A stretch of 64,000 nt of DNA from an uncultured Candidatus Poseidoniales archaeon (GTDB lineage: Archaea > Thermoplasmatota > Poseidoniia > Poseidoniales > Thalassarchaeaceae): the NCBI GenBank assembly GCA_902625325.1, contig CACOAW010000003.1, forward strand, positions 19,097 through 83,096. Direction: 5' to 3'. The number at the start of each line of letters is the position of its first letter. Within the stretch, counting starts at the first letter, position 1. Position numbers and translations under genes: made by a program. Below, piece after piece: positions 43,653 to 54,278 of the stretch. Under the pieces are notes generated by a model that ran no database searches, was not told where the DNA came from, and saw nothing but the letters and a program-made list of their open reading frames with translations.

Positions 43653-45464
43653 ATGTTGGGGTCAGGACTATTGCGAGTTCGACTACTCAAAATCTCCAGA
43701 AGAAAATATAATTCTACACAATTTCGTAAAGCAGCAAGATACTCCAGAATAACTCAACTTATTTTCCGTGATAGAGAAAGCCTGGATATCCTAGCTAGAA
43801 GCTATCTCCGCATAAAGAATTATGATGGCGCCTGTAAAGCGTATAGAAAGGCGAATAAAAATGGTTTTGCTCTTTTAGACCATGAAATTAATCACTTCCG
43901 TTCAGAGTTGGGCGCTCAGAATTATCAAGATGCATTTATCGCTCTCCAGAGAGTGAAAGGGAGGGAACAAACAAAGAAGTGCACCTCACAATTGAAAAAA
44001 GAACTCTTGAAAATAACTGACTCTGAGAGGGTGTTAATAATCCAAGAGATGAGCTCAATTCACCCCCTTCCCAGAGAAATATCGGAGCTATTACCTTGGT
44101 CACCGAGAAAAATTGATTATGAAAAAACCGAGACAGATGACTTTGGAATTATCGACTCAAAGAACCTTGATTCTGAACGATATAAGAGAAAGCTCTCAAG
44201 AGTCCTATCTTCAGGAACTTACCGTGTGTCCGAACACCTTTCGAAGTCACTCAAAAGCCCCCTGAGAACCATCTTTCTACCAATTTCTACTCCTTTTCTG
44301 ATTCTAGATATTTTCAGAGAGAGAATTGGTTCGATCAGTGCCTCCGATAATTCGGTGAGTGTACCTAACTCTGTAGAATCTCGGCGCGACTCGATAGTCT
44401 TCTTTCCAACTAATGGGGTTGGGTTTGGCCATTTCACAAGACTTCTTGCTATCGCCCGGAAAATAAGAGAATCTCAACCATCTACAGAGATTGTCTTTTT
44501 CACCACTATGCCGACACTCCACATTCTTGCTGAGGAGGGATTCGTGTGCTATCACATGCCGGGCCGATATAGGTACAAAGGAATGGAAGCAAAATCCTGG
44601 AACGCTATGTGTGAAGAGATGCTATCTTTGATTTTTTCACTTCACAAGCCAAGTGCATTTGTTTTTGATGGATCCTTTCCCTACCGAGGGATGCTCGATG
44701 CAGTAAAATCCGAGACAAAAAGTATGCTTCGCCTTTGGGTAAGGAGGGGCGCAATTAGAAGAGGTTCAAAACCAATTCCAGTGGATAGTATAGGCCATTT
44801 CCATGCCATTATTAGGCCAGGCGATTCAGTCCAAGACTCATTTGTTGATGAAACGAGGCACAATATACCAATAGTAAGATCGCAACCAATACTTTTGGAA
44901 TCAAATAGTGGGGATAAGCAAACGTTTGGGATTCGTAAGAGGCTCGGAATCCCAGATGAAGCAATTTTATGTTACGTCCAATTAGGTGCTGGAAAAATAA
45001 ATGACATAGATTCAGAATTGGAAATGACTCTTGATGCACTAGACTCCTACTCACAGACATATGTATTACTCGGTGAATCAATGTTAGGTTCTCGTATACC
45101 TGTAAACTATGAGCGTGTCCGGGTTTTACGAGATTACCCCAATTCGAAATATTTTGATGAAATAGACTTCGCGGTAATTGCGGGAGGGTACAACTCGTAT
45201 CATGAAGTAGTGAGTTCGGAACTCCCTTCACTCTGTTATCCTAACATGAATACTGGTCGAGATGATCAACTTGCGCGTGCAAATATTGCCAAGGAAGCGA
45301 ATGCAATGGTGGTTATCGAAAGAAGAACCAAAGAGAAAATAAGGTTGGGTATAATGAGAATGATGGATTCTAAGAATAGAGAAAAAATGCGCAACTCGCT
45401 CGTCAAATTAAAGAGAAAAAATGGCGCTACTGAGGTTTCTGAATGGATAATCAACCAAATCTGA
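43653..45464 (+). CDS. GT-B-fold glycosyltransferase (MurG/GT28-GT1-like) with ~260-aa N-terminal helical (TPR-like) region
   Basis: IVFFPTNGVGFGHFTRLLAIARKI (Gly-rich loop of the GT-B N-domain) and FAVIAGGYNSYHEVVSSELPSLCYP (C-domain). ATG 43653 is preferred over TTG 43593. Confidence 0.55.
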   Translation: MLGSGLLRVRLLKISRRKYNSTQFRKAARYSRITQLIFRDRESLDILARSYLRIKNYDGACKAYRKANKNGFALLDHEINHFRSELGAQNYQDAFIALQRVKGREQTKKCTSQLKKELLKITDSERVLIIQEMSSIHPLPREISELLPWSPRKIDYEKTETDDFGIIDSKNLDSERYKRKLSRVLSSGTYRVSEHLSKSLKSPLRTIFLPISTPFLILDIFRERIGSISASDNSVSVPNSVESRRDSIVFFPTNGVGFGHFTRLLAIARKIRESQPSTEIVFFTTMPTLHILAEEGFVCYHMPGRYRYKGMEAKSWNAMCEEMLSLIFSLHKPSAFVFDGSFPYRGMLDAVKSETKSMLRLWVRRGAIRRGSKPIPVDSIGHFHAIIRPGDSVQDSFVDETRHNIPIVRSQPILLESNSGDKQTFGIRKRLGIPDEAILCYVQLGAGKINDIDSELEMTLDALDSYSQTYVLLGESMLGSRIPVNYERVRVLRDYPNSKYFDEIDFAVIAGGYNSYHEVVSSELPSLCYPNMNTGRDDQLARANIAKEANAMVVIERRTKEKIRLGIMRMMDSKNREKMRNSLVKLKRKNGATEVSEWIINQI

Positions 45465-46755
45465 TTGAAAGATCCTGCCAGAATGATGTAAGCTTCTCTT
45501 GCCCCCGCCTCGCCTTTTCAGAATCTAGATGAGGCCTCATGTCCCAAGTTTTCAGCACATTCTCTTGAGTAGGATTCATGATTGGCAGATATTCAATAAT
45601 CTTCTCTCGAATACCATGTCTATTTTTACTAGGAACAAAATCAATTGATCCTGGATACCAAGTTTCAAGTAAACTAAGATCGATAGACATATCCAACTTA
45701 TCTGCAATCGGTTTTAGATATGGAAAATCACTCAATTCTATTCTCTGAAGGGCGTATGCAACTACATTTTCATGAGAAATGGGGAATTCTGATAATTTTT
45801 TTTGCACTTCATTTGTTTTCATCATATCTAGAAAATTTTGCCCCCCCACACCTCCCAAAGAAAAGGCCAAAAGCTCTTTTCTGAAGCATTTCCAGCACCT
45901 CATACATGGTTTACCCCATCCTCCCCTAATGCAAGATTGGCTATAGTGGCCAAGTGGTGATTTTTCCCCAATTATTGCAGTTCCTATTTCGCTAACTCCA
46001 ATAACTGGCATCGATAACTCAATCCCAACTGAATCAAATAAAGTACTGTAAAATCTCCAGTGGGCACCTCTTCCATAGTCTATGAATTTTGAATGCCCAA
46101 GCCCAAATCCTGATTCCATTATTGTACCAAATGCCAATGAATCAAGGTTCAGATACTCAGATAGAAGTATTGCAGGAATAGCGTTGGCAAGATCTGTTGG
46201 AAATCCTACTGGCGTCCTGATGTATTCTAAATTTGTTGATATCACCTGTACATCATAACCAACATCGGATAACTCCTTACATATCTCTAGAGGAGCTTCT
46301 GAATTATACGAAGAACCCTTGGCAATCGGTCTATTGAGAAATATCGGAATAGTTTCTGAAGGCATTATCGCCAGAGCTGCAGACGAATCTGCCCCTCCAC
46401 TAAATGCCAGTCCGGGAAAACTACCCCCGGTCTTGTTTATATTTGAGATCTCGGAGTTGGTATTTGGAGTTAGTTTATATCTGCTAATTACAGATTGCGC
46501 CTTTTTGTGAAACTCTTCACTGACTGGAACCGGAAGAGATAACTCTTCACCAACAAATGGATTACATAACAAAATTGTCGACAAGGCTAGTAAATCAGGA
46601 TGAACTTCATGGGGCTTAATTTTTCCGTCCAAATCAAAGAATATCTCAATTTCATTCATTTTGAAGGGTAAATCACTCTGTAACAATCGATCGGCATTCT
46701 CATTTTCAAATTTCATCAGTATCTTCCCGTCTCGAAATTCTACTGATGATTTCAT
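45451..46755 (-). CDS. PP-loop ATP-pyrophosphatase-superfamily protein with QueC-type Cys4 zinc motif; specific function unknown
   Basis: FSGGADSSAAL (SGGxDS PP-loop, nt 46384..46401) and CIRGGWGKPCMRCWKC (C-x8-C-x2-C-x2-C, nt 45886..45933). It has extra N-terminal (~115 aa) and C-terminal (~140 aa) regions. Confidence 0.6.
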   Translation of the reverse strand: MKSSVEFRDGKILMKFENENADRLLQSDLPFKMNEIEIFFDLDGKIKPHEVHPDLLALSTILLCNPFVGEELSLPVPVSEEFHKKAQSVISRYKLTPNTNSEISNINKTGGSFPGLAFSGGADSSAALAIMPSETIPIFLNRPIAKGSSYNSEAPLEICKELSDVGYDVQVISTNLEYIRTPVGFPTDLANAIPAILLSEYLNLDSLAFGTIMESGFGLGHSKFIDYGRGAHWRFYSTLFDSVGIELSMPVIGVSEIGTAIIGEKSPLGHYSQSCIRGGWGKPCMRCWKCFRKELLAFSLGGVGGQNFLDMMKTNEVQKKLSEFPISHENVVAYALQRIELSDFPYLKPIADKLDMSIDLSLLETWYPGSIDFVPSKNRHGIREKIIEYLPIMNPTQENVLKTWDMRPHLDSEKARRGQEKLTSFWQDLSIRFG

Positions 46756-46783
46756 TGTATCACTGAATTTTTCGATTAATTAA

Positions 46784-47944
46784 ATGCTTATACCAGTAAT
46801 TTCTTCCCAATCATTATTTTTACTGAAACGTATACCGGAAAGTGTGTCAGATACCGTAATCCTTGTTGCGGGGGCTCGTCCAAACTTCATGAAGATAGCC
46901 CCAATACATAAGCAATTGAGACATAGAGGGGTAAATACCCTCCTAGTCCATACCGGGCAACATTATGATCATAATATGAGCCAGGTTTTTTTCGATGAAT
47001 TAGGAATTCCCGAACCAGATATCCATATGGGGGTGGGCAGCGATTCCCATTCAAGACAAACTGCCAAAATAATGATTCATTTCGAAGACGTTTGCCTGGA
47101 ACATAATCCTCGAATGGTGGTTGTTGTCGGAGATGTCAATTCCACCTTGGCATGTGCAATAACTGCAAAAAAACTTGGGATTACAGTCGCTCATGTAGAG
47201 GCCGGACTCCGGTCCAGAGATATACAAATGCCCGAGGAAATCAATAGGGTCTTGACTGATAGAATTTCAGATCTACTTTTCACAACTTCCAGAGGTGCAA
47301 ATGAAAATCTTTTTTCAGAAGGTTGTTCATCAGAAAGTATTTTTTTTGTGGGTAATGTTATGATTGACAGTTTGTATAAGGCGGTAAAACACTCTCAAAA
47401 ATCTACAATTTTGAAGGATATCGGAGTTGTGGAACAAGGATACTGCCTAGTAACAATGCACCGGCCATCTAATGTTGATAATTTATCAACTCTCTCAGGA
47501 TTAATTCTAGCTCTTGAACAGATTTCAAGAGAAATTCCAATAATTATTCCTGCACATCCAAGGACCGTTCATTCTCTAGAAAGATTCGAAATGGCTGATA
47601 GGATAAGAAATAATAATCAAATTTATCTTATTCCGGCACAGGGATATTTTGATTTCATCAATCTCGTAAAAAATTCGAAATTTGTTATGACTGATTCAGG
47701 TGGTTTGCAGGAGGAATCCACAATATTGGGGGTGCAATGTCTGACACTTAGAAAGAACACAGAAAGGCCAATAACTGTGACTCAGGGTACAAACAAGGTA
47801 GTTGGTACTGAGACAAAGGATATCATAGACGCGTTTCACAATCTGGACTTTTCTAAAAAAACTCAAAGTCCAGAATATTGGGATGGAAAGACTGCCCATC
47901 GAATTGCCAAGGTAATCGTTGATCAGTTAAGCGCGGCAGTCTAA
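46784..47944 (+). CDS. wecB: UDP-N-acetylglucosamine 2-epimerase (non-hydrolysing)
   Basis: GARPNFMKIAPI, HTGQHYD, GDVNSTLA, HVEAGLRS, MTDSGGLQEE. Confidence 0.85.
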   Translation: MLIPVISSQSLFLLKRIPESVSDTVILVAGARPNFMKIAPIHKQLRHRGVNTLLVHTGQHYDHNMSQVFFDELGIPEPDIHMGVGSDSHSRQTAKIMIHFEDVCLEHNPRMVVVVGDVNSTLACAITAKKLGITVAHVEAGLRSRDIQMPEEINRVLTDRISDLLFTTSRGANENLFSEGCSSESIFFVGNVMIDSLYKAVKHSQKSTILKDIGVVEQGYCLVTMHRPSNVDNLSTLSGLILALEQISREIPIIIPAHPRTVHSLERFEMADRIRNNNQIYLIPAQGYFDFINLVKNSKFVMTDSGGLQEESTILGVQCLTLRKNTERPITVTQGTNKVVGTETKDIIDAFHNLDFSKKTQSPEYWDGKTAHRIAKVIVDQLSAAV

Positions 47945-50900
47945 TCTTCTCTGATGAATAATTCTATTTCCTTTGGAATTGTGACATCATGTGATGTCTG
48001 CCTCCTCACTCTTTTTGCCGCCTTATTCGATTTTTTGATAAACAATTCCGGATCATTCACCAACTCTTCTATTCCATCCGCCAGTCCAATGTGATCTTCT
48101 GGTTCAGCTAAAATAGAACATCCCCGATTCACAAATTCCGGGATTGCCGAAATCCTATTTGTGGCTGGAACTAGGCCACAAGACATAGCTTCATCCCTCC
48201 CCACTCCGTGTGAGTCCCATCTAGTAGGAGTTAAGAAAATCCCGAATTCCTGGAAAACCTTTTCGTACTCTTCATTTGTAAGGAAACCTCTTATCAAAGT
48301 GACATTTTCAAATCTTTCCAAAGGCCTAGTAACTTCTTCATACAGGGCACCATCTCCAATAATTGTGAATTCTAATTTCTTGAAACAATCCCTCCCTGAT
48401 AATTCAAGTATAGTATTTGCAGATATGTCGTTCGCATATTTTTCAGAGGCGAAGGTCCTGATGGATAGGACTTTGAAACGGTCACTCCTTTTCCTTTCTT
48501 TGAAGACAAATCTATCAGTATCTATCGGATTATGTATTATCGAATACCCATCTTCCCTTAGGGAGACCCCATAGTCTTCCATCACCTCCTCAGAGAAATA
48601 TCTAGAAACAAAAATTAGATGTAAATTTTGAGGCTGATCCCAAAGTAAGCCTTTCCAGAAGGCCTCCCTCTCTTGGCTCGCTAAGATCGCTCGTTCTCTC
48701 TCTTGATGGGTTTGATAATTGAATTCTCTTCTATGCCATGGCTGAATCTCCGAACCATGAACCCAAACATAGATTTCGGTATCATCTTCGAATTTAGATA
48801 AAACTTCCCACATTTCCTTGTTTAGAAAGTGGACGAGAATTGAATCATATCTATTGTCTGAAATTAACCTTTCTAGAGCTGTAGATGAGCCAGTGATTAC
48901 CTCTTGGCCTTCAAATTCATGGAAACTCAAAGGTGCGTTTAGCCTATGTCTGAAAACATCAACTCCCACCTCAAATGAATTATATCTTACAATTCTGCTG
49001 TGTATGAACGCATTCTTGTACAAATCGTCATACTCCGGATAATTATTTGTTAAGACTAATTGTTTGTTCCTACTCTCAACAAAACTCACTCCCCCGATGT
49101 CCCTGAATCCTATATCTATTGATCGTATCAAAGATCTTCCGGAAGAATAGGATCTAATGCCCAATAGTATGGACTGTGTTCCTTCAGCAATGTCAACTTC
49201 TGAATTGGTTCTGGAGGGAATTATCTGCGATCCAACCCTCTCTCCATTTCCATCAAAGAAAATAAATGCCAGTGAGAGTGACAAACCCGATTCACAATCA
49301 AAATAAAATTTACCTTTTCCATCAACAAAACCAAGCTCTGGAGGAGTAATTTTTTGTTTGGAGTAGTGATAATGGTGCTCACCGTCTCTCATTGAAGACT
49401 CAATAAAAATATAATTTTCATCATAGGTTAATGAGAGATTTTCTCGATTAAATTCAGAGAAAATTTCGGGCAACCCAATCCCCCTCACGGGTTTATCTGG
49501 TCCAGACACAACTTCTTTCTCCCCCATCTTATCAATTTCAGAAATATTGTATCCCTGATCGACATTTTTCAGATCTAAAACACGACCCAATTCTTCTTCA
49601 GAAAAGTTATTTTTCGGAGAAAACCAGTTTTCAAAATAATTGAATCCATCTATAGAAATGATACTCGAAATGCCCAGAGAATTATCCTCAACACTTCGAA
49701 TAAATGATTCAATGCTCAAATCCAATCCAGCCAATGATTGCGTCTTTATCACGCACGACCCAGAAGTCCATTTCTCTACGATTTTGTACTCTTCTCCATT
49801 TCCAAAATATTCCATTTCACCTCCATCGGTAATTTTCCAATAAGAGGCCTTAGTAATTGCATTACTATCACAATACCTAGTTGCGAGAGTAATGTCTGTG
49901 AGATAATTTTCCCCATAGAAGTTTAACGGTTTGAAAACCGCAACAAGACTCGAGTCCCGTAAGTTGTCTAACAATGGAGATTTCGCCGCCTCCCGAGTAC
50001 TAACCAGGCTTGCTTCTACAGTGTCTTTGACTGGCAATACAGAGATATCGTCTGAAATTATAATTAATCTTTTTTCTAAAACTTGCTGTCTTTCAACAGA
50101 CTCGAAGACAGACTGGAGCTCCTTTTCGGATGAACACTCCGCAATAATCGTAACCTTCGGACGCTTCCACTGGTATCCTTTCCCTATTATTTTGAAGATT
50201 CTGGACATTCTGTCATGATAAGTATGCTCAGTCATTACCTTCCTGAGTGCAAGCAACCTTCTCTTTTTACACCGATGATCTTCTCGGACATATTCATCCA
50301 GCTCTCTCCTAGAATTTACTCCATCGTCCGAAGCAATTAGTAAGTCTCCAAATAGGATCTTTAAACTTCTAGAATAGTTTGAAATTATCATCGTGTTCGA
50401 AGCCGCCAATTCGAAAACTCTCCTAGCCATCATTGTCTGTGAGTCCTTTACAGAATTGAAATTAAGTGCGTAATCAAATCCTTTGTATGCCTTGCTTATC
50501 TCATCATATGGCAGTTTTCCTCGGATTAACTCTTGGAACTTATCAGGAAACATGTATCTGCTATCTTCTGTCTGAAAATTCCTATCATATATCGTAACTG
50601 GAATCGGGCCCTTGGCGTACTCACTAATCACCGAATGCATATCTTGACACCTTCTGGTGTATCTCTCATAGTAAGCCCCTGCAAAACAAATCCCCCTTTC
50701 TCGTTCAATTTCCTCAATCGGATTATGAATCGCCGGTTCACAGGCAAATGGGAGAAAGTATGCACTATCGTTCCCCAGTGATTTCCTATACTTTTGAACA
50801 CAATCAATATCGGTAGTAAATACATTATCGAATAATTTAGCCGAATTAATGAATGTATTGAAGTGAACAGGGTCTTCTTTATTCCAGAATATGGTAACAA

Positions 50901-53900
50901 CGCCGTTCATTTTGCACCAATATAATAGCTCTACCAATTCAGATCCGCGGTGTGAGATTTTCCCCTTCCATTCGGAGTTTTTTCCATCCCAAGCAGATTC
51001 TACAAACAGAATTTCTGGGGAATTTTCCTCCATCTCTTCTCTCCAGTTAGTGGCCGATAACTGAATCATGTTACATGTATGCCTGAACGAGGAGTAAGAG
51101 AACTCGTCCAGAATACAGGCCACATTAGCCGATTCCATTGATTTACCGGAAAACAACCTCCTCACGGATTTGCTTACAACCTTATTTTCCAAATGTTTAA
51201 CCATATTGGATATTCTCTTCCCATGTTCTTGTTGCTCCCCAATCCCTATTTTGTCCTCCAAGAATGATATCATTTCTTCTTTCCATCCACCTTTTTCCAT
51301 TTCGGAGACCAGACGTAATGATCTGTCGAATTTCTTTTCTCTGTTGTGAATAGTGACCCCTGTTCTGAGGGATCTGTAGTCACCAAATAGTGTAAAAAAC
51401 TCATCGAACAACTCTATTGCTTCTGAGTTATTTTCCTTCGAAAGACCTCTTAATCCAGCAGTAAAGATATTCCTTCCCGATCTGTGTTCACTATCGGTCA
51501 AGCCCCTCAACACACTTGATATCAAATCCTTTTTCCGGATGTTAAGGCATCTGCTGTAATGATCAGCCAAGGACATTGTCAGTTCTATTTCAGCATAAGT
51601 TCCGTTACCGGAGGACAAAATCTCAAAATCAGCGTATTTTCGGATTAATGGTTTCGTCAAGAGACTCCATAATCGATTTTCTGAGACCCATTTCCTCCCC
51701 CTCTCTCCGTATCCGGTTATTTTTTCTGATCCACTAACTATGCCCTTTATCTTCTCCGCGAGATGTTCTGGATTATCCTTTTCAAATATGATGCCACTAT
51801 TGCTTTCTCTCACAATTTCCGTCGCTACAGTAACGTTACTCATTATCACTGGCTTAGAATATGCCATTGCTTCAATCGGTTTTATTGGAGGGATCAGTTC
51901 ACAGACTTTGTAGGATTTTCTAGGAAGTACCACTGCATCAATATTTTTGTAAAATTCACCAATCTCTTCCCGTGGAATCCTCCCCATGAAGTGAAAGTTA
52001 TCATCTATTCCCAAATCAGAAACCTGTTCTCGCAATTCCTCCTCCGAGCTCCCTCCCCCGGCAATTAGACACTTTACCCCCATCCTTTCTTTTTTTGAAA
52101 GAATGGAGATACTCTTTGCCAGATCGTCTAACCCTTCGTATGGCACAATTGAGCCAATATATCCTAGGACCAGCGTTTGCTGATCTTTGGATATTTCATC
52201 TCTACCACCAGTCTCATAATTCCCAAGAGGGAGATGAGTTATTCCATTTGGAAGAACAGAAATTTTTGATGAATCGACTCCCCAAGACTTAACCTCTTCC
52301 TTCAGTGATTCCGAAATAACAAACAAATGATCAGCAGCCATTGCGCATTGTTTTTCTAGTCTTATCATTAAAGCAAATCTTGGATCACTAGCAAAACCAG
52401 GATTGTTTGCGGCCCTAGAGAATGCCCAAACACCCCTCATTTCGTAAATGAATGGGACGGACAATGATTTTGCCACAATGGCAGAAGCAAGACCTATAGT
52501 ATGATCAGAACAGGCATGAATTATCGATGGCCTATGCTCAATAGCTTTGGATAGGATAGATTTAGCAGCTAACTGAACGTAATCCTCCATCTTGTTATCA
52601 TACATTCCAGAACTATCAGGGGAGAATATGTGATTAACACCATCAATTTCGATACTCTCTGGAATCACCTCTTCTCCAACATAATCACTCCTATCAACAG
52701 GGAAACCCCATCTAGAATTTACAATTATGTTCATACCAGATTCACTCATTGAATCTATAATGCCCTTACTCCTTATGGTGTATCCAGAAGTGATGTATGG
52801 CAACGAAGAATGAACGTTATACAAAACGGTTCCAATTTTTGGCTTGCTGTATTCAGATAAATCTCCAAGGAAGTCCAGGTCATATCCATTTTCCAACCAA
52901 TCCCTCCTCTTCTCAATTTGACGTAGCAATGTTAGCGAAGATGGTTGCAAAGAACCTTGCAAAGCCCCTATCGCTTCGGTATAGTTACCCATTCTCTCGT
53001 AGCATTGAGATGCTACCCTAATTATCCTCTCATCCGATTTATTTTCTGCCAGATAGTCATGCATTATTTCCAAAGCAGATTGAGGCTTTGAAATCATTAG
53101 TACCCTAGATGCGGCTAGAATAATTTGAATCCTCCTACTAATTCCTAAATCATTACTCAATATCGTATTAGAAATTTCTTCAATAACTGAATCATCACCA
53201 AACTCATTAATTTGGGCTGAGATTCTTGACTCTAATGTATGGAGTGGCAGTTCTGCCAAATCTGAAGAAAACTCTCCAAATTCTACCATCTCGCTGTTGA
53301 ACAGGACCTCTTTTTTATTTTCTAGCATAAGTGCACGTAGTTTTTTGACTGTGAATTCTATTGATTTATCAGGATCAGATTCACGTAAGAATTGACGAAT
53401 TAATGACGAGTCTTTTCCAATCCAAGTCAGCGATTCCCATAAGTGATTTTTTCCTACTTTTTCTGGAAAATTTCGATTTTTTAATGATTTGATTATTTGT
53501 GTCTCGTCTCCTTCTAGAATTATTGCTTCTATTTGTTCTAGAATTTTCCATTTTTCGAAATCTCGGTCTTCTTCCGAATCTATAGAATTACTCAATCGCA
53601 AGGCTTCAAAGAGAAATCCTTCTCTCTTGCATGAAAAGAATACTGCTCTCTTAATCCTGTTATCGATTAGATTTTGTCCAAGAGACCAATAATACTCAAT
53701 CCCGCACCTTTCTGAAAATTCTGCAAGAACCCTGAAGATAGAAATGCAAATTTCTTTCGTCAGAACTGGATTGATTTTGTAAGAGTCCTTCGTGACCTCT
53801 AATAGCACATCCTTGACATTCAGAACATTATATTCTAATGCCGCAAACAGTACTCTTCTCAATCTATTCGTCAGGGCATCAATACCAGGAGTTTCCCTTC

Positions 53901-54276
53901 TAAAAAAGAACTCAATTTCTTTACGAGCAATATTTTCAATTAACCATTTTTCTTGCGGGGAAATTCGTAAAGCGTCAATCAAGATTTCTTGGCGGTGGAG
54001 TCCTTCGGATAGTTCGGACAATAAAACTACTGCCTCAATAGAATCAGGATTACCAAGGACCACCTCTAGAACGCTTTTTCTTGCAACCTCAAAATCGCCG
54101 CTCTCTTTCAATTCCTCTATCCTTTCTCTATCAATAAGAACTGCCTTACTTGTAGAATTAGTACCATCCTTTTCAACTTCAATGCGCTGTAAATTATCAG
54201 GATTCGACTGTAAATCTTCAATTTCCATAAAACCGATTTTTTTTATTTTCCTAAGCAGTTTTGCCAGCGGGCCCAT
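47941..54276 (-). CDS. giant multidomain glycosyltransferase (~2,111 aa): helical/TPR-like N-terminus, GT4, helical linker, CgeB-like GT, GT2-like, unassigned beta-rich module, GT4
   Basis: Residue numbers count from the track's TTG 54306. GT4-1 is ~490-880 (ACSDHTIGLAS, LGYIGSIVPYEGL, IKPIEAMAYSKPVIMS). The CgeB-like domain is ~1060-1345 (ILFVESAWDG, TIFWNKEDPVHF, FLPFACEP, ICFAGAYY, MMARRVFELAASNTMIISN). The GT2-like domain is ~1380-1560 (RPKVTIIAECS...RLIIISDD). GT4-2 is ~1750-2121 (IFVSRYF, IIHNPID, FTIIGDG, WDSHGVGRDEAMSCGLVP). ATG 54276 lies 2 nt after the wecC-like stop and is preferred. Confidence 0.75.
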   Translation of the reverse strand: MGPLAKLLRKIKKIGFMEIEDLQSNPDNLQRIEVEKDGTNSTSKAVLIDRERIEELKESGDFEVARKSVLEVVLGNPDSIEAVVLLSELSEGLHRQEILIDALRISPQEKWLIENIARKEIEFFFRRETPGIDALTNRLRRVLFAALEYNVLNVKDVLLEVTKDSYKINPVLTKEICISIFRVLAEFSERCGIEYYWSLGQNLIDNRIKRAVFFSCKREGFLFEALRLSNSIDSEEDRDFEKWKILEQIEAIILEGDETQIIKSLKNRNFPEKVGKNHLWESLTWIGKDSSLIRQFLRESDPDKSIEFTVKKLRALMLENKKEVLFNSEMVEFGEFSSDLAELPLHTLESRISAQINEFGDDSVIEEISNTILSNDLGISRRIQIILAASRVLMISKPQSALEIMHDYLAENKSDERIIRVASQCYERMGNYTEAIGALQGSLQPSSLTLLRQIEKRRDWLENGYDLDFLGDLSEYSKPKIGTVLYNVHSSLPYITSGYTIRSKGIIDSMSESGMNIIVNSRWGFPVDRSDYVGEEVIPESIEIDGVNHIFSPDSSGMYDNKMEDYVQLAAKSILSKAIEHRPSIIHACSDHTIGLASAIVAKSLSVPFIYEMRGVWAFSRAANNPGFASDPRFALMIRLEKQCAMAADHLFVISESLKEEVKSWGVDSSKISVLPNGITHLPLGNYETGGRDEISKDQQTLVLGYIGSIVPYEGLDDLAKSISILSKKERMGVKCLIAGGGSSEEELREQVSDLGIDDNFHFMGRIPREEIGEFYKNIDAVVLPRKSYKVCELIPPIKPIEAMAYSKPVIMSNVTVATEIVRESNSGIIFEKDNPEHLAEKIKGIVSGSEKITGYGERGRKWVSENRLWSLLTKPLIRKYADFEILSSGNGTYAEIELTMSLADHYSRCLNIRKKDLISSVLRGLTDSEHRSGRNIFTAGLRGLSKENNSEAIELFDEFFTLFGDYRSLRTGVTIHNREKKFDRSLRLVSEMEKGGWKEEMISFLEDKIGIGEQQEHGKRISNMVKHLENKVVSKSVRRLFSGKSMESANVACILDEFSYSSFRHTCNMIQLSATNWREEMEENSPEILFVESAWDGKNSEWKGKISHRGSELVELLYWCKMNGVVTIFWNKEDPVHFNTFINSAKLFDNVFTTDIDCVQKYRKSLGNDSAYFLPFACEPAIHNPIEEIERERGICFAGAYYERYTRRCQDMHSVISEYAKGPIPVTIYDRNFQTEDSRYMFPDKFQELIRGKLPYDEISKAYKGFDYALNFNSVKDSQTMMARRVFELAASNTMIISNYSRSLKILFGDLLIASDDGVNSRRELDEYVREDHRCKKRRLLALRKVMTEHTYHDRMSRIFKIIGKGYQWKRPKVTIIAECSSEKELQSVFESVERQQVLEKRLIIISDDISVLPVKDTVEASLVSTREAAKSPLLDNLRDSSLVAVFKPLNFYGENYLTDITLATRYCDSNAITKASYWKITDGGEMEYFGNGEEYKIVEKWTSGSCVIKTQSLAGLDLSIESFIRSVEDNSLGISSIISIDGFNYFENWFSPKNNFSEEELGRVLDLKNVDQGYNISEIDKMGEKEVVSGPDKPVRGIGLPEIFSEFNRENLSLTYDENYIFIESSMRDGEHHYHYSKQKITPPELGFVDGKGKFYFDCESGLSLSLAFIFFDGNGERVGSQIIPSRTNSEVDIAEGTQSILLGIRSYSSGRSLIRSIDIGFRDIGGVSFVESRNKQLVLTNNYPEYDDLYKNAFIHSRIVRYNSFEVGVDVFRHRLNAPLSFHEFEGQEVITGSSTALERLISDNRYDSILVHFLNKEMWEVLSKFEDDTEIYVWVHGSEIQPWHRREFNYQTHQERERAILASQEREAFWKGLLWDQPQNLHLIFVSRYFSEEVMEDYGVSLREDGYSIIHNPIDTDRFVFKERKRSDRFKVLSIRTFASEKYANDISANTILELSGRDCFKKLEFTIIGDGALYEEVTRPLERFENVTLIRGFLTNEEYEKVFQEFGIFLTPTRWDSHGVGRDEAMSCGLVPATNRISAIPEFVNRGCSILAEPEDHIGLADGIEELVNDPELFIKKSNKAAKRVRRQTSHDVTIPKEIELFIRED

Positions 54277-54278
54277 AA

